In this document: piece by piece, positions 1-13,865 of the stretch
Layout: the number at the start of each line of letters is the position of its first letter
Numbering within the stretch: position 1 is the stretch's first letter
DNA from: Lepidodermella squamata
Lineage: Eukaryota > Animalia > Gastrotricha
Length of the DNA: 64,000 bases
Direction of reading: 5' to 3'
NCBI GenBank assembly: GCA_047495785.1
Contig: JBLDXI010000013.1
Coordinates: 3,658,001 to 3,722,000, forward strand
Program-made: the position numbers and the translations under genes
Notes under the pieces: model-generated
Database searches by the model: none
The model's input: only the letters and a program-made list of their open reading frames with translations
Told to the model about the DNA's origin: nothing

Positions 1-816
1 TGGTGATGAGATACAAACGCATGTTTTGTCATCTACTTGAGTGAGCGATCCTCGAAAAGGTCACATGACGCTCTACAAAAAACGACATCTGGTCGACGTG
101 CGCAATTATTTAGAGCTCGATTTTCATTGATGCTTGCCTTCGTCAAAAATAAGTGCAAAAAATAAGCGCGTTTCAACTTTGTCCAATTTCAATCCGCGCA
201 CCCACTCGTATAACAAAATCCCCCATGCCGCTGTCCGACAAAAAAGTAGGTCAAATTCGCAGCGGGTTCTAGACACAAAAAAATCACTTGCTAGTCCGTG
301 ATGAATTTTAATTGAACCAACTGATTTTCAGCATAGCTAACAGCTTTTGGGCGCCGTGTACCGCCATCAATCAGGGTTTCGCCAGAGTTTTCGAACCTCT
401 ACCAAGTTCTATGCGGTTTCGTTAAGCTATTTTTCATTATATTTTCATTCAGGTGCTTTCAAAACAGCAATTTAGTCGCGATTTCTTCGAAGCAACCTCT
501 GCCATTGGCCATTGGCCCCGGTCTCATCAGGTTGAAATTTTCGAAAACCTGGAAAATATTTCGACAATATTAGACATTTTTATAATTTCTATTCAGGAAG
601 TTGAGGAAAATGTCATCCTTTATTTTTAAACTATCGACACATGAAGAATCAAGTTAAAGCTAGTTTTATCGCAACTCGTCTCGTGAAAGCTTCTTCAATG
701 TTATTTTCTCTCGTAAGATAGTAAGATAGACGGCAGCTTATAGCTCAAGTGCCTTTCAAGTCTTTAAGCAAAATCAAGCATTATTTTCGTCAAATGGTCA
801 AAGTTTTGCCAATAAT

Positions 817-1773
817 TCAGAATGTGCTTTGAGGGCGCTTCTGAATCCAAGCGGCAATGCTAGGAATAGCTTCAACGGTCTTGCGAACTTGAGCCAGTTC
901 AGGAAACTTGGCCTCGAACTCCTCAATGGTCAACAAAGCGTCGCGTCTGGCAGCTAAATAAGAAGTAGAAAATACAGAAAATAAACATATTAACTTCACC
1001 AACTGGGCATAACGTTATATTCGTGAGTTGCGAATGCGACAGCAGCGATAAAAGACATATCAGCATACGTCAGCTATGAAAAAAATTAATCATTATATTA
1101 TTAATTATTAGAAAAATGAATATAATGAATTACCGAATCGCCACCAGCGACAAATTTTCCGCCTCCCTCCTTGTGAATTTTAGTCAACAAGTTGAACACA
1201 GCCATCAGCTGACCGTCCTTGAAGGCATTGAAAGCCTGTTCCTTCTTAGCAGGATCCTGTTCCCAAACGATCTTAGCGTTGGTTGGAAAAAAATCCTGGA
1301 TGCTAAATTATATCAAGCGTTAAGAATTGAGCGCGTAAAAATACTCAGATTTGTTCACCTTTCGTAGATGATATCGGCACTTGTGATTTCCTTCTCGGTT
1401 TTGCCCAGGAAGTCGAAACGGCGAGCAAGAGCTCGCAGAATCGCTCCGGACTGAACCATGCAGTGATGCTGGCCGTTTTCGTCGTCAAACTCGAAAATCG
1501 GCAGTTGACCGATTGGGGTAGCTATAATCAAACAAAATTCAAAGACTGAAATCATCAATTTTCAATAAAAACTTACTAGGCTTGACTTTTCCCCAGTCAG
1601 CTACCGGGACGCGTACGTCTTCAAACGGGATCTGTTAGAAATTACTCTTGACATTAAAAGCTTAAATTCGAGGTCAAACTCACGTTGAGGTATGCCAAGG
1701 CTATGCGAGTTGCTTCGGCCTTTCCTTGGCCGGGAAAGTAGGTCACCTTGGCGTTCTTGATAACGGGAGCCAT
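817..1773 (-). CDS. Sigma-class-like glutathione S-transferase, GST1 (6 exons)
   Basis: Exons 1773-1684 (MAPVIKNAKVTYFPGQGKAEATRIALAYLN), 1631-1577 (IPFEDVRV..WGKVKP), 1521-1359 (TPIGQLP..QSGAILR) and three more ending FPELAQVRKTVEAIPSIAAWIQKRPQSTF-TGA; GT-AG introns keep the frame. Confidence 0.93.
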
Positions 1774-2579
1774 TTTTATATTTGATGAAAAGTCTACGTC
1801 AATAAACGCCGAACAGAATGCTTCGATGCTAGCCTTCGTCAATAAATAGAGCAAAAAAATAAGTGTGTCAAGTTTATTTCAACGCTTTCCAATTTCAATG
1901 CTTGCAGCCGAGCACCTGCTCGTAATAATCCCCACGCCGCTGTCCGACAAAAAGTCGGTCAAATTCTCAGCGTGTTCTGGTCACGCAAAAATCACGTACT
2001 CTCGCTGGTCCGTGATGAATTTTTTATTTTTATCCAAAACTAACTGATTTGGAGCTTAGACGAGATCAATCAAGATTTTGTCAGCGTTTCAAAGAGGCTT
2101 CGTTAGGCTGTTTTCAGGATATTTTTCATTTAGGTGCATGCAGGACATGTCAGCGGCATCATTAGTGTTGGAAGGCTTCGATTATTCTTGCTATTCTCAG
2201 CTTGGCCTGTGCAATTGAACTCATCGGGTTAAAACTTTCTACTTTCTACAACCTGAAAAATATATTTCGAAATTTTCTGGGAATTTCTATTTTCCTTGCT
2301 TACTCGGATTTCATTTTTCTCTTAAGCAAACCTATCCTGTTATATCTAAAATCATGAAAGAAGACGGCCGATAAAAGCTGAAATTGCTCCAAAATATCGT
2401 CTCCATTATTGAATTTTTATCGGAGGGATCAGGTCGTATTAAATAGACAGGTAAAATTTTCGGGATTCTGACGCATAAAGATCCGAGTTTAATCTAAATT
2501 TATCGCCAGGGCGTTTCTTTACTCTCCCCGAAATTTCGCAATACACAGTCTTAGGAAGCGGATTGAAGATATTGGCATG

Positions 2580-3800
2580 AAAACGATTTTATTATACAAC
2601 CTTTGCCTCTCGGCACTCGCGGCGCGTTAACTCATGCCCGCACTGTGCTTTCACAAAAATATAAAAGCCATAACGATCACATATATATGTTATAATTATT
2701 TATAAAACAAGCAGACATTTTTATATGATTTTGTTTCTTCTTCATGCCGTTTTTCGTTAATTTCTGTTGATTTTTCACTAATTTCGTTCTTAGCGTTCGA
2801 TATCTAGCCATACGCGGTTGTCTGCTGAGATTATTTCGGTTCTGGTTTTGTTTCGCAAATGCCATGCGGGACATTTTTGCTCCAAACTTTGACGGGATTT
2901 TTCATCCGCTGGTGCGATCTTGGCGACGTATTTGATATTCTCCGCCATGTCAAGACCAGCCGCTAAGCAGCGGCCTCCATATCGCTCAAAAGCTGTCATG
3001 AACACTTCTTCGATGGATTCGACTCCAGCGAAGGCAAGGGCGTCACAAGGCTCAACTTCGAAGGGCAGATCAAGGAGGGCTCTAAGGCAGTGGGCTTGCA
3101 GATCCGTCAGCTGTTTCCAGGATGACAAGGGCATGCAGCGCAAGGCAGGTGCTCCGTAGGCAACCAAGGACTCTAGAAGGGATTTAAACAGAAGAACGCA
3201 GGTGCGCTTATTATGTTGCGTTTACAAAGGGCGTATAGTGACCCCACCCGGGCCTGAGCTTCGCGGCTACAACGCTTATGTGGTAGTTCCAGATGTGCCT
3301 TTCGCGACACGATGGGAGCCGTCGTCTGGCTTGGAATCCTTCGGCTGCATTTCTGCAGCGTAAAAAATGAATAGGAGGGGCGACAGTGGCGAGCCTTGCG
3401 GCACACCACAGCAGATAGGCAGATAGAAATGAATCTGAACACTGGGTCGATGGTAGATCAAAGGAACCTAAAACCATATTGTTAGCGAGGTAGGAGGTTC
3501 CTGGACTCTAGAAAGCGATACAGAAATTTTGCAACAATAATTTCAAGCCCTTTGCTCAAATCAGGCAGTTGGGAGACAGGTCGATAGGAATCCGCAAGTC
3601 TCGAATCCTTACCATCTTTCAGGATTGGTACAATGATCGCGACCTTCCACGCCCTAGGGACATAGCCACTGTTGAGGCTTAACTGGTAGAGGTAGCGCAA
3701 GTGGGATGCCAGCTTTTTGACGCCCTGTTTCAACAAAACATTCGAGACATTAGGCTTGTTTTCATTTAAAAGTTTCGCTAAATTTTTCAGCAATCTTTCG
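2580..3800 (-). mobile_element. Degenerate, 5'-truncated non-LTR retrotransposon (LINE) reverse-transcriptase remnant
   Basis: Motifs GYVPRAWKVAIIVPILKDGKD..SYRPVSQLPDLSKGLE (ORF 3482-3901) and GVPQGSPLSPLLF (3276-3461); stops and frameshifts; AATAAA near 2590 at the presumed 3' end. Boundaries approximate. Confidence 0.85.
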
Positions 3801-4146
3801 CAAGCCTTGATTTTTTCTACAGCTAATAGGCTTTTGATGTTTTTAGAAATACGATTAATTTCCGGATTGAGCGGATTGAAGCTATTACCGCATGTTACCA
3901 TGGTTTTCGGGCAATGAAGCCTTCTATATAGCTCTCATCTTTGCATTTCAAGGAGAGCTTCAGTAGTGGGCGACTCGAAAATTCAGAGAATTAAGCTAAG
4001 ACCAACAACTCGTGAAAGCTTGATTATTTTCGTACGATAATTATCAGCGGCAGCTTATAGCAATAGCCTTTCAAGTCTTTAAGCAATCAAGCAGTAATTT
4101 CGTCAAGCGGTCAAAGTTTTGTCGATTCATTATTTGCGATTTTTAC

Positions 4147-5103
4147 TCAGAAAGTGCTTTTAGGGCGCTTCTGAATCCAAGCGGCAATGCTCGGAATAGC
4201 TTCGACGGTATTGCGAATTGCAGCCAGTTCAGGGTACTTGGCCTCGAACTCCTCATTGGTCAACAGCGGGTCACGTCTAGCAGCTAAAAATAAAAAAAAA
4301 CAGGAAAAAATGCGTTCAAAAATAAAAACTTGAAAGACACAAACTTGGAATTACTTGGAAATCTTGGGTCACGACTACGATGACGGCAATAAGAGAAAGA
4401 TCAGCATAAGTCAGCTAAGGGGATAAAAATTAATAATTATAAAGAAAATCGAAATAAAAATTACCGAATCTCCGCCAGCGACGAATTTGCCGCCTCCCTC
4501 CTTGTGAATTTTAGTCAACAGATTGAAAACAGCCGGCAGTTGAACGTTCTTGTAGACATTGAAATCCTGTTCTTTCCTAGCCGGGTCCTGTTCCCAAACG
4601 ACCTTAACGTTGGTTGCCATCAAATCCTGGATGCTGAATTACAACACACTTTAAGAAGTGAGCGCAAAAAAATTCAAATATCCAGCACCTGTCGTAGATG
4701 ATATCAGCATTTGTGATTTCCTTCTCGGTTTTGCCCTGGAAGTCGAAACGGCGAGCAAGCATTCGCAGAATCGATCCCGACTGATTCAAGCAGTGATGCT
4801 GGCCATTCTCGTCGTCATATTCAAATGTCGGCAGCTGACCCATTGGGGTAGCTATAATCAAGCAGAATTCAAGGCTTGAAATCATTAATTTTCAATAAAA
4901 ACTCACTTGGCTTGACCTTTCCCCATTCATCTAGCGTGACGTGTACGTCTTCGAATGGGATCTGTTAGAAATTGTTAGTGACGTAGCAAGCTTAAATTCG
5001 AGGTCACACTCACGTTAGCGTAAGACAAGGCCAACCGAACAGCTTCGGCCTTTGCTCGGCCGGGAAAGTAGGTCACTTTGGCGTTTTTGATAACGGGCGC
5101 CAT
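4147..5103 (-). CDS. Sigma-class-like GST, GST2 (6 exons)
   Basis: MAPVIKNAKVTYFPGRAKAEAVRLALSYAN..TPMGQLP..KRPKSTF-TGA; same intron positions and phases as GST1. Confidence 0.93.
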
Positions 5104-5184
5104 TATTATTTGATGAAAATTCTACCTCAATAAAAGCCGAGCAAAAGATTTTTGTGAAAATACTTTCAGGAAGAAACCAAGCTG

Positions 5185-5530
5185 TTTTATAGGCAACTAA
5201 GCAACACGTGCGGCATGATGATAAGAAGAGCAGCCACGCCGGCTAACCGGCTAATGTATTTTAATTTCTGCGGTGTGTCAAGTAGGGGCGTGTTTTGTCA
5301 ATATCATGGCTGAAAAAAACACGCGTTTGGCAAAGAATTATATGCACACGATAGCACACGCGGTTTTTGCCACTCTAAATTTTGTAACATATCGCATGAA
5401 TAAATGCTACTTGGAACCTGGATGAAAGGCTTCGAGTAAACATGTTCAGGTAACGCGGCATTAGCTGAGACGATTTTCTATAAATAAAAGAGTGGCTCTT
5501 CAATCAATTACATTACACACCGTCGAAAAA
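5185..5530 (-). promoter_or_regulatory. GST promoter cassette: TATAAA, E-box CACGTG, GC-box-like element and a conserved distal block
   Basis: TATAAAA about 85 nt upstream of the ATG, CACGTG at 5205-5210, GCCACGCC and TAGGGGCG elements, and the block GAGTGGCTCTTCAATCAATTACATTACACA. Equivalent elements lie upstream of GST3, GST5 and GST6, and partly GST4. Confidence 0.55.
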
Positions 5531-6845
5531 ATACAGCTGAGCATGAAATTACTGATTAGGCACTGAGTTGAAAAAGGCTTCAAAGTAAACAATACCAAGC
5601 ACAATTTAATCAGCCGTAATGCCTTTTTTAATGAGCACATGTGACTGGGATACTGAGATAAGTTTTCTTTTGTAAATATTGCATGGGAAAGGTTACCTAA
5701 AGCGAATAAAAGTTGAAACAGTTCCTTATGCTATACCAAAAGGAATTAGAATATTCGCGCTAATTTATTTGAATTTGTTGCAAGAAAAAAATCGATAGGT
5801 TCAAAAGTCAGCCCGCGCAAGAAAATTCCACGGCAAGTCGACTTTTTTCCCAAACATGAAAATTGCTACAATTTTCTACACATTCGCGATTTTTCTACAG
5901 TATAAAGTTATTTTTTCCAGCAGATAATAATTGAATTTGTGCAAAATTCAGAACTTGTAAGCCATTGGCAAGCGTGTCATTGTTTATCAGGCGAAATCGA
6001 TGAGAATGGTTCGACTCCTCGTGGGGTCAAGCCGTATTTTCAACTCATCGTCGTCCCGGCTTTTTTTAAGCGCACAAGCATCCCCATTGGGTGTGCTTTT
6101 TTATTCACCCCAGAATTTCGGGAATCTCAGGCTGAGGCAGTGGATGACAGATTTCTCCGTGTAAACATCAGAGGTTTTCGGGCAATGAAGTCTTCTATAC
6201 AGCTCCAAATTTTCATTTTAAGATGAGCTTCAGAAGTGGGCAACCCGAAAATTCGGGGTGATAAAAAACAAACCCATTCATCGACACTTTGCACACTTTT
6301 CTGGTTGTATTTTTCGTAGGAAAAATATGGTTGTATTCTCTTCATTTTCTATTCGAATCAGTAGAAAATACAGGAGAAATATACAATATTTCTGTAGCGA
6401 TTTTCGAACGCAAAAAACTGTAGATGTAGCTGTGTTTTCTGTTGCGAATAAAAAAAAACCCGAGAGCTGTAAAAGTCCCTTAGGCCTTAGGCTCCACTTT
6501 GAACCAATCAGCGTTAGAACCACAATTTATGAGTTGAATGAGTATTAGGGCAAACTTTAATTGTATTGCTAACCTCACCAGGCCGGTGCATTTGGCCTCA
6601 TCGGATTCAAATTTTCTAGAACTGCAGGATGTTTTTTTAATTTTCTGAAATTCAAAGTTTAATTTCTCTCCCCTACGACTGTATTTTTGTAAAATGTTTT
6701 GAAACAAGTTAATTCTGAATATTTCGTTTTTATTGCGACAATACAATAACGTGGCAGCATAATATAACGCTTCACGTGTCATTCACGTATGTAATAGCAG
6801 CAATCAAGCAGCTATCGTCAATGAATAAAAGTTTAAGCTGACACC

Positions 6846-7790
6846 TCAGAATGGGCTTTGAGGGCGCTTCTGAATCCAAGCAGCAATGGTCGGAATAGCT
6901 TCGACGGTCTTGCGGACTTGAGCCAGTTCAGGGAACTTGGCGTCCAACTCCTCCAGCGTGATTAAGGGGTCACGTCTTGCAGCTGAATAAACAATAACGC
7001 CAACGTAAAATAAGCTCGAAAACAGAAATGAAGCCACTAACTTGGCATAACGGTGAATTCGTGAGTCACAAGGACGACGATGCAAACCAAAGCAATATCA
7101 GCGTAGGTCAGCTATGAAATAAAAATAATCATTAGAACTTCTTTTTGAATAAATAAATTACCGAATCGCCACCAGCGACGAATTTACCGCCTCCTTCCTT
7201 GTGAATTTTAGTCAGCAGATTGAAAACAGCCGGCAGTTGAACGTCCTTGAAGGCATTGAAAGCCTGTTCCTTCTTAGCCGGGTCCTGTTCCTGAACGACC
7301 TTGCCGTTAGTTAGCATCAAATCCTGGATGCTGAATTATCAAAAAATAGAACGGAGAGCGAAAAACTTGAATTTGTTCACCTTTCGTAGATAATGTCGGC
7401 ATTCGTGATTTCTTTCTCGGTTTTGCCCTGGAAGTCGAAACGGCGAGCAAGGGCTCGCAGAATGGATCCAGATTGATTCATGCGGTGATGTTGACCATTC
7501 TCGTCGTCAAACTCGAAAATCGGCAATTGACCGATTGGGGTGGCTAAAAAAACAAAGACAATCAAAATTAACAATTTTTAGCTCGAACTTACTTGGCTTG
7601 ACCTTTCCCCATTCAGCTAGCGCGACGCGTTCGTCTTCGAACGGAATCTTTGAGAAATTACTGGTAATACTCAAATACTTAGATTCTATGCCGAACTCAC
7701 GTTGAGGTATGACAGAGCAACGCGAATCGTTTCGCCCTTTCCCCGGCCGGGAAAGTAGGTCACTTTCGCATTCTTGATAGCGGGAGCCAT
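6846..7790 (-). CDS. Sigma-class-like GST, GST3 (6 exons)
   Basis: MAPAIKNAKVTYFPGRGKGETIRVALSYLN..TPIGQLP..KRPQSPF-TGA; conserved exon structure. Confidence 0.93.
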
Positions 7791-8987
7791 TATTATTTGA
7801 TGAAAAGTCTACCAAATACAAGCTGAAGTTTTTTTATTATTGAGGAAGAGACTATAGGCTGCTTTATAGGCTTTTCAGCGCCGCAACACGTGCCCTATAG
7901 CGATGACAAGAATATCTGTCACGCCAGCAGTTTGTCTGACTTGCTATGGTGCCATGTAGGTCGTATTTTGTCAATAAGTATTGTGTATTGCTGAGGAGAA
8001 CGCGTGCTTGGCAAAAAATAATTCAAAAAATCGTTCGTACATTTGCCACTCACCACACAGTAACAAATCGCGAGAATAATACTGCCTTGAAGTTGCAAGC
8101 CAAATTTGTCTTGTAACTTCGCGTCAGTCGATTTTTTAGAAATGAAAGAGCGGCTCTTCAATTAATTACATTACACATCTTTGAAAAACGTACAGCGGTA
8201 AACGGTGAGCAACTCTAAGCATTCTTTTGATCAATTTCAATCAATTTTTTAAAGAGCTCATGTCAGATGAAGAGATGAGCTTTGATCTTTTGAGTCAATA
8301 GAAAATGCAAGGATACCAGAAACGAATAAAAGTCGGCGACATTTGCCCAATCATGATGCCAGCCTATGGGCTAGCTTTTTATCCAATCAGAGTAAGAACC
8401 AATACGAGTAATCTCACAAATCCTCACGAACTAATTCCTCACCGATACCGAGAATTGACTGCTCAAAATTAAAAACCTCTCGAAAGGGGTTATTAATCAC
8501 CTAGAGTAGCTTTGATTGTAATGCAAACTTTACTAGGTCGATGAATGGCATCATCGGATTCAAATTTTCTCAAACGCGGAAATTATATTTCAATTTCGTT
8601 GAATTCAAGGTTTTGATTTTTTTACTAATAAATTTCTTGAAAAAATTATAATAAAGAATGACCAATATTTTTTTGCCTCGCATTTTTTAATAACTCCGAG
8701 ACAATGAGGAATTTTTTCAAAAATGGGAATTTTTAATTAAAACCGTAAACAGCATTTTCGTCACCAAGTTTTTTCGCTCGTATCCCATTTGAACGAAAAT
8801 TTCAGGATAAGTACTGATTTTTGCATTTTCCCGCTGTTCTTGCCTCCCTGTTTAGGTGCTAGTGGAGAAAAATAAATCGTCAAAAACTCGTCAAAAATCA
8901 ATTTTTTCTGAATACATGTTCACGTTTCATTCACATATTGAGCAATTGAGCACTGATAGTCAAGTAATAAAGGTTTTAGCTGACACC

Positions 8988-9925
8988 TCAAAATGGGCTT
9001 TGAGGACGCTTCTGAATCCAAGCTGCAATGCTAGGAATAGCTTCGACGGTCTTGCGGACTTGTGCCAGTTCAGGGAACTTGGCGTCTAACTCCTCCAGCG
9101 TGATCAACGGATCGCGACAGCCAACTAAATAAACAAAAGGCAAATTAAAATAAGCTCGAAAACAGAAAATTATACGACTAACTTGGAATAACGGTGAATT
9201 CGTGAGTCGCGAGGACGACGATGCAAACAAAAGCAATATCAGCGTAGGTCAGCTTTTGAAAAAATTTAATTATGAGAATTGTTTTGATTAAAATAAATTA
9301 CCGAATCTCCGCCAGCAATGAATTTGCCACCTGCCTCCTTGTGAATTTTAGTCAACAGATTGAAAACAGCCGGCAGTTGAACGTCCTTGAAGGCATTGAA
9401 AGACTGTTCTTTCTTAGCAGGGTCCTGTTCCACAACGACCTTGCTGTTAGTTGCCATCAAATCCTGGATGCTGAATTATCGAAAGATAAGAATAGATCGA
9501 AAGAAGGAAAGCTGTTTACCTTTCATAGATGATATCGGCACTTGTGATTTCCTTCTCAGTTTTGCCCTGGAAGTCGAAACGGCGGGCAAGGGTTCGCAGG
9601 ATGGTACTAGACTGAATCATGCGGTGATGCTGGCCATTCTCGTCGTCAAATTCAAACATCGGCAACTGACCGATTGGGGTAGCTAAAAATTATATTAAAA
9701 ATATACTTTTTTTTAGCAAGAACTTACTTGGCTTGACTTTTACCCAGTCAGCTAGCGACACTCGTTCGTCCTCGAATGGAATCTATAAGATATTTCTTGT
9801 GAAATTGAAATAGGTAAATTCGATGTCGAACTCACGTTGAGGTATGACAGGGCTACGCGAATCGTTTCGGCCTTTCCTCGGCCGGGAAAGTAGGTCAATT
9901 TGGCGTTCTTGATGACGGGAGCCAT
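8988..9925 (-). CDS. Sigma-class-like GST, GST4 (6 exons)
   Basis: MAPVIKNAKLTYFPGRGKAETIRVALSYLN..KRPQSPF-TGA; conserved exon structure. Confidence 0.92.
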
Positions 9926-10289
9926 TATTATTTGATGAAAAGTCTACCCAAATAGAAGCCGAAGTTTTTATTAATGAGGAAGAAACCATGCAGCTGAACA
10001 GCAAAGCCCTAATGATTACAAGAACATCTGCCACGCCAGCAATCCGTGTGCCAAGTAGGGGCTCATATTATTATGAATTGCTGAGAAAATCGCGTGGTTC
10101 TTTGAAAAAAAATCATACGCAGAATTGTACGCATTTTTGCCACTCACGGACAAAGCGCGTGAATAATCGCGAGTTAACCCCGCCGTGAACTCGGCCACTT
10201 TTTCGCTTTTTCCAACTTAGCAAGTCAGGTGGATTTTTAGAAAATATTTGGCAAACACAGCATTCGAGATGAGTTCCTTGGCTATTTAA

Positions 10290-10360
10290 AGCTGGGTTCA
10301 CGGACTCGGCGAATGCGCGCGTGACGCATCAGTGCGCGACAAATCGCTAGGGTGTTCACG
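10290..10360. mobile_element. Fragment of the PIF/Harbinger-like MITE family seen at 23775-24489
   Basis: TAA followed by AGCTGGGTTCACGGACTC, the same terminus as the 23775-24489 element, then matching internal sequence (CGCATCAGTG, CGCTAGGGTGTTCACG). Confidence 0.6.
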
Positions 10361-11265
10361 ATATTCTATAAATAACGAGTGGCTGTTCAATCAATTACAG
10401 TACACGCCTTCGAAAAAAATGGCTTTGGCATTAGTAAAAATTACTGATTACTGTGTAAAAAAGGCTTCAGAGTAAACACCACTTACTTACAATGTTATAA
10501 TACTACAGGGTGGCCAAAAAATTCCGCAGAAGGTGAATTCGATGCGCATCAATTAATGAGGAGTTTCAAGAAGTTGTAGAATTTCAAGCATTCTTTTGCC
10601 AACGCATTTTTGTATTGTCGCAATAAAAAAATATTCAGGAAAAGTTATTTATGACGAGATTTTGAAAACTTAATTTTATGGGAACAACAACAAAGTCCTA
10701 TGTTGTGTTTTATAGGTTGCATTGGTATGGCAAGTCTTATTGTCTTATGGCTTGTCTTATGGCAAGTCCCACTCTTTTCTGCAGCGTGTCCCATAAGTAA
10801 CGCAAGCAAAGAAAATACATAGAAAGGGTTCAGAAACTCTAAAATGAGAGGCCAATTCACATCTAACGGGCAGAAAATATTTAGAAAAATTCAAAAAATT
10901 ACGACAATGGTAATCAAGTATGCCAGTTGTTAAAAGGATTAAAAAAATCCGGATAAATTTTGTCCAACGGGGTAAAATACCGAAAATTACCGAACCAGTT
11001 ACCATCGGGATTTTCCGGGTTTTCTCCGGTAAATTTTTCATTTCTTCGGTTGAATCGCTGATAATAGTCGGACTTTTCTCTCGATAGGGTTAATTTTGAA
11101 AAATTATTTGAATTTCCTACAAAAAGTTGCCAAATTGAAAAATAGTTTCGTAACTTTTGGGACACGCTATATAAAACAATTCAATAACCCGATGGGCGAG
11201 CTTGGAAAATATTCTGTTTATATCGGCGTGAATGATAACAATTGTTGTTAAATTATTACCAAGTA

Positions 11266-11451
11266 CAGTGGAACCCCGATTTCCCGTCACCTGATTTTCC
11301 GTCTGGCGGGAAATCGCGGCATGAAATATTTAGGAGAGACTTGAGCCCGCAGAGGGCAATTGCACACGAACTACTTAGATTTCCCGTCAATTTTGATTTC
11401 CTGTCAGGATTTTCGTGGAACCGCAGAAGGCGGGAAATCGGGGTTCCACTG
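11266..11451. mobile_element. MITE, Tc1/mariner-pogo type
   Basis: Perfect 21-bp TIR CAGTGGAACCCCGATTTCCCG at both ends, flanked by TA on each side. Confidence 0.85.
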
Positions 11452-12140
11452 TATATTGATTATTGTTAAATTATACACTTTTTCAGGAAAATTTATCAGT
11501 CGCAGAGGGAAGAGAAATTAAACCTCGAATTTCAGGAAATTTAAAAAATCCTCTTTCCCATGCAATATTGACAAATCAAAGCTTTTATCTCAGCACCACT
11601 GTCACATGAGCTCTTTAAAAAATTGATTACTATTGATTAAAACGTGCTTAGTGTTGTTCACTTTGAAGCCTTTTTAACTCAATAATCAGTAATTTTAAAC
11701 CGCATAGTGACGGTGTGTATAATGTATTTGATTAAAGATCCACTCTTTTATTTATAGAAAGTCGTCTCGGCTACTGCCGGGTTAAAACTGAACACTGAAC
11801 ATTGTTTACTCAAAGCCTTTCTATTCCGCATCCAGGTCTCAAGTGTAGTATTTATTCATACGATTTTTTACAGAGCCCTGCGGCAAAAAACCTCTACTTC
11901 TGTGTATAATTTTTCGCCGAACGCGTGTTTTTCTCAGCCGTAATATTGACAAACTACGCCCCTACTTGACACACCGCAGAAATTAAAACACATAGCTGGC
12001 GTGTCTGCTTTTCTTGCCAACATACCGCACGTGTCGCTTTGTTATTCAGCTTATAAAAGCAGCACGGTTTTCTTCCTGAAAATTTTTCATAACAGAATTT
12101 GGTTCGGCTTTTATTGCGGTAGAATTTTCATCAAGTAATA

Positions 12141-13101
12141 ATGGCTCCCGTTATCAAGAACGCCAAGGTGACCTACTTCCCCGGCCGAGGAAAGGCCGAA
12201 GCAACTCGCATAGCCTTGTCATACCTCAACGTGAGTTTTACCTCTAATTTAAGCTTTCAATGCCACCATTAATTTCTAACAGATTCCGTTTGAAGACGTA
12301 CGCGTCTCGCTAGCTGACTGGGGAAAAGTCAAGCCAAGTGAGTTTTTATTGACAATTGCTGATTTCAGGTTTGGAATTTCGATATATTTCAGCTACCCCA
12401 ATCGGTCAGCTTCCGACTTTTGAATTTGACGACGAGAATGGCCAGCATCACTGCTTGAATCAGTCCGGAGCGATTCTGCGAGCCCTTGCCCGCCGCTTCG
12501 ACTTCCAGGGCAAAACCGAGAAGGAAATCACAAATGCTGATATCATCTACGAAAGGTGAACAAATTTGAGTGTTTTTACGCTCAATTCTTAACGCTTGAT
12601 ATAATTTAGCATCCAGGATTTTTTTTCAACCAACGCTAAGATCGTTTGGGAACAGGACCCTGCTAAGAGGGAACAGGCTTTCAATGCCTTCAAGGACGGT
12701 CAGCTGATGGCTGTTTTCAATCTGTTGACCAAAATTCACAAGGAGGGAGGCGGTAAATTCATTGCTGGTGGCGATTCGGTAATTTAATAATCAATTTTTC
12801 ATAATATAATTATGAATCTTCATTTCTTAGGTAACCTATGCTGATTTTTCTTTTATTGCTGCCGTCGCATTCGCGACTCACGAATTCACTGTTATGCCAA
12901 GTTGGTAGATTTAAAAGGTTTATTTTTCGAGCGCATTATTTGTTTTGTTGTTCATTTCATTCAGCTGCCCGACGTGACGCTTTGATGACCATTGAGGAGT
13001 TCGAGACCAAGTTCCCTGAACTGGCCGCAGTCCGCAAGGCCGTTGAAGCTATTCCGAGCATTGCCGCTTGGATTCAGAAGCGTCCTCAAACCACATTCTG
13101 A
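12141..13101 (+). CDS. Sigma-class-like GST, GST5 (6 exons; the only inverted copy)
   Basis: MAPVIKNAKVTYFPGRGKAEATRIALSYLN..KRPQTTF-TGA; TATAAAA at 12052 and CACGTG at 12028. Confidence 0.93.
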
Positions 13102-13865
13102 ATGAATGTCGCAAATAATGAATCGGCAAAACTTTGACCATTTGACGAAAATAACGTTTGATATTTCTTAAAGACTTGAAAGACACTTGAGCTATAAGCT
13201 GCCGTTGATCTTACTATCTTACGAGATAACATAAAAATAAAGAAGCTTTCAAGAGTTGCGATGTAACTATTTTCACATTTATTCTTCATGCGTCGATATT
13301 CTAAAAATAAAGAATGAAAATTTCCTCTATAAAAAGGTGTAGAATTGTCGACATATTTTCTCGGTTTTAGAAAATTTCAACCTGAGATGAGACCGAGGCC
13401 AATGGCCAATGGCAGAGGTTAACAAAACAATCGAAGCTTTCGCCACTAAATTGCTGTTCTGAAAACACCTGAGTGAAAATCGAATGAAAATCGAACTTGA
13501 AAATTGCGCACGCGGAAGATGTCGTTTTTTTTTAATTTCCAGGTGCCTTTCGAAGATCGCCGACATGGATGAATGGGTGAAATTGAAACCGAGTGAGTTT
13601 GATCTCCTGACCTTTTTTGCATAATATTCGTCAATGAATTTCGAATTTCCAGCTACTCCGAGTTGCGAATTTTATTGCGAAAATCAGGTCCAATCAGTCC
13701 ATGTCAAAGTCCGCAGGTACAAGTAGGTAAGCTGGCTCACACAAGGGGAAAGGCTTGATTGTATTGCTGTTCCCGAAAGGCTGGTGCGCTGGTGCACTTG
13801 GCCTCATCGGATTGAAAATTTCTATGACATGGAAATTATTTTCTTATTTTTTGAAATTCAAGGTT

